Part shown: positions 63,986 to 64,000 of the stretch, piece by piece
How the letters are laid out: every line of letters starts with the position of its first letter
Numbering within the stretch: position 1 is the stretch's first letter
Assembly: GCA_040954595.2 (NCBI GenBank)
Contig: CM082583.2
Location: forward strand, 6,942,849 to 7,006,848
Origin: Balanoglossus misakiensis
Taxonomy: Eukaryota > Animalia > Hemichordata
Length of the DNA stretch: 64,000 bases
Direction: 5' to 3'
Made by a program: the position numbers and the translations under genes
The notes under the pieces: generated by a model
Seen by the model: the letters and a program-made list of their open reading frames with translations, nothing else
Told to the model about the DNA's origin: nothing
The model's database searches: none

Positions 63986-64000
63986 TTCTGATTGTCGTTT

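Overview
This is AT-rich, intron-containing animal genomic DNA, probably a marine invertebrate. A non-vertebrate deuterostome such as a hemichordate is plausible, but that is inference from gene content only. Hand-splicing GT/GC-AG exons gives eight protein-coding genes. (1) A ~30-exon C-terminal-motor kinesin-14 of the kinesin-C/KCBP type (-, 1462-12288). (2) An unnamed 6-exon gene encoding a PH-like domain, an acidic tail with overlapping LIR and DSGxxS motifs, and an amphipathic helix (-, 14450-16706). (3) A 12-exon RING/coiled-coil/ubiquitin-like/UBR-like zinc-finger protein with a GC-AG intron (+, 18311-21944). (4) NUDT2 (-). (5) KIF24 (+). (6) UBAP1 (-). (7) A 92-aa UMA-domain-only microprotein gene head-to-head with UBAP1 (+, 46625-47600), only partly visible in the ORF track. 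(8) An OTUD7/Cezanne deubiquitinase with two A20 zinc fingers (+). NUDT2-KIF24-UBAP1 has the same order and orientation as human 9p13. The most novel signals are the UMA-only gene (a candidate alternative or decoy ESCRT-I subunit that appears to derive from UBAP1's N-terminus), the PH-LIR orphan and the RING-UBL-UBR-like ligase. Small TTAA-flanked elements, palindromes and bidirectional promoter motifs are also present. All domain calls are by eye; no database search was run.
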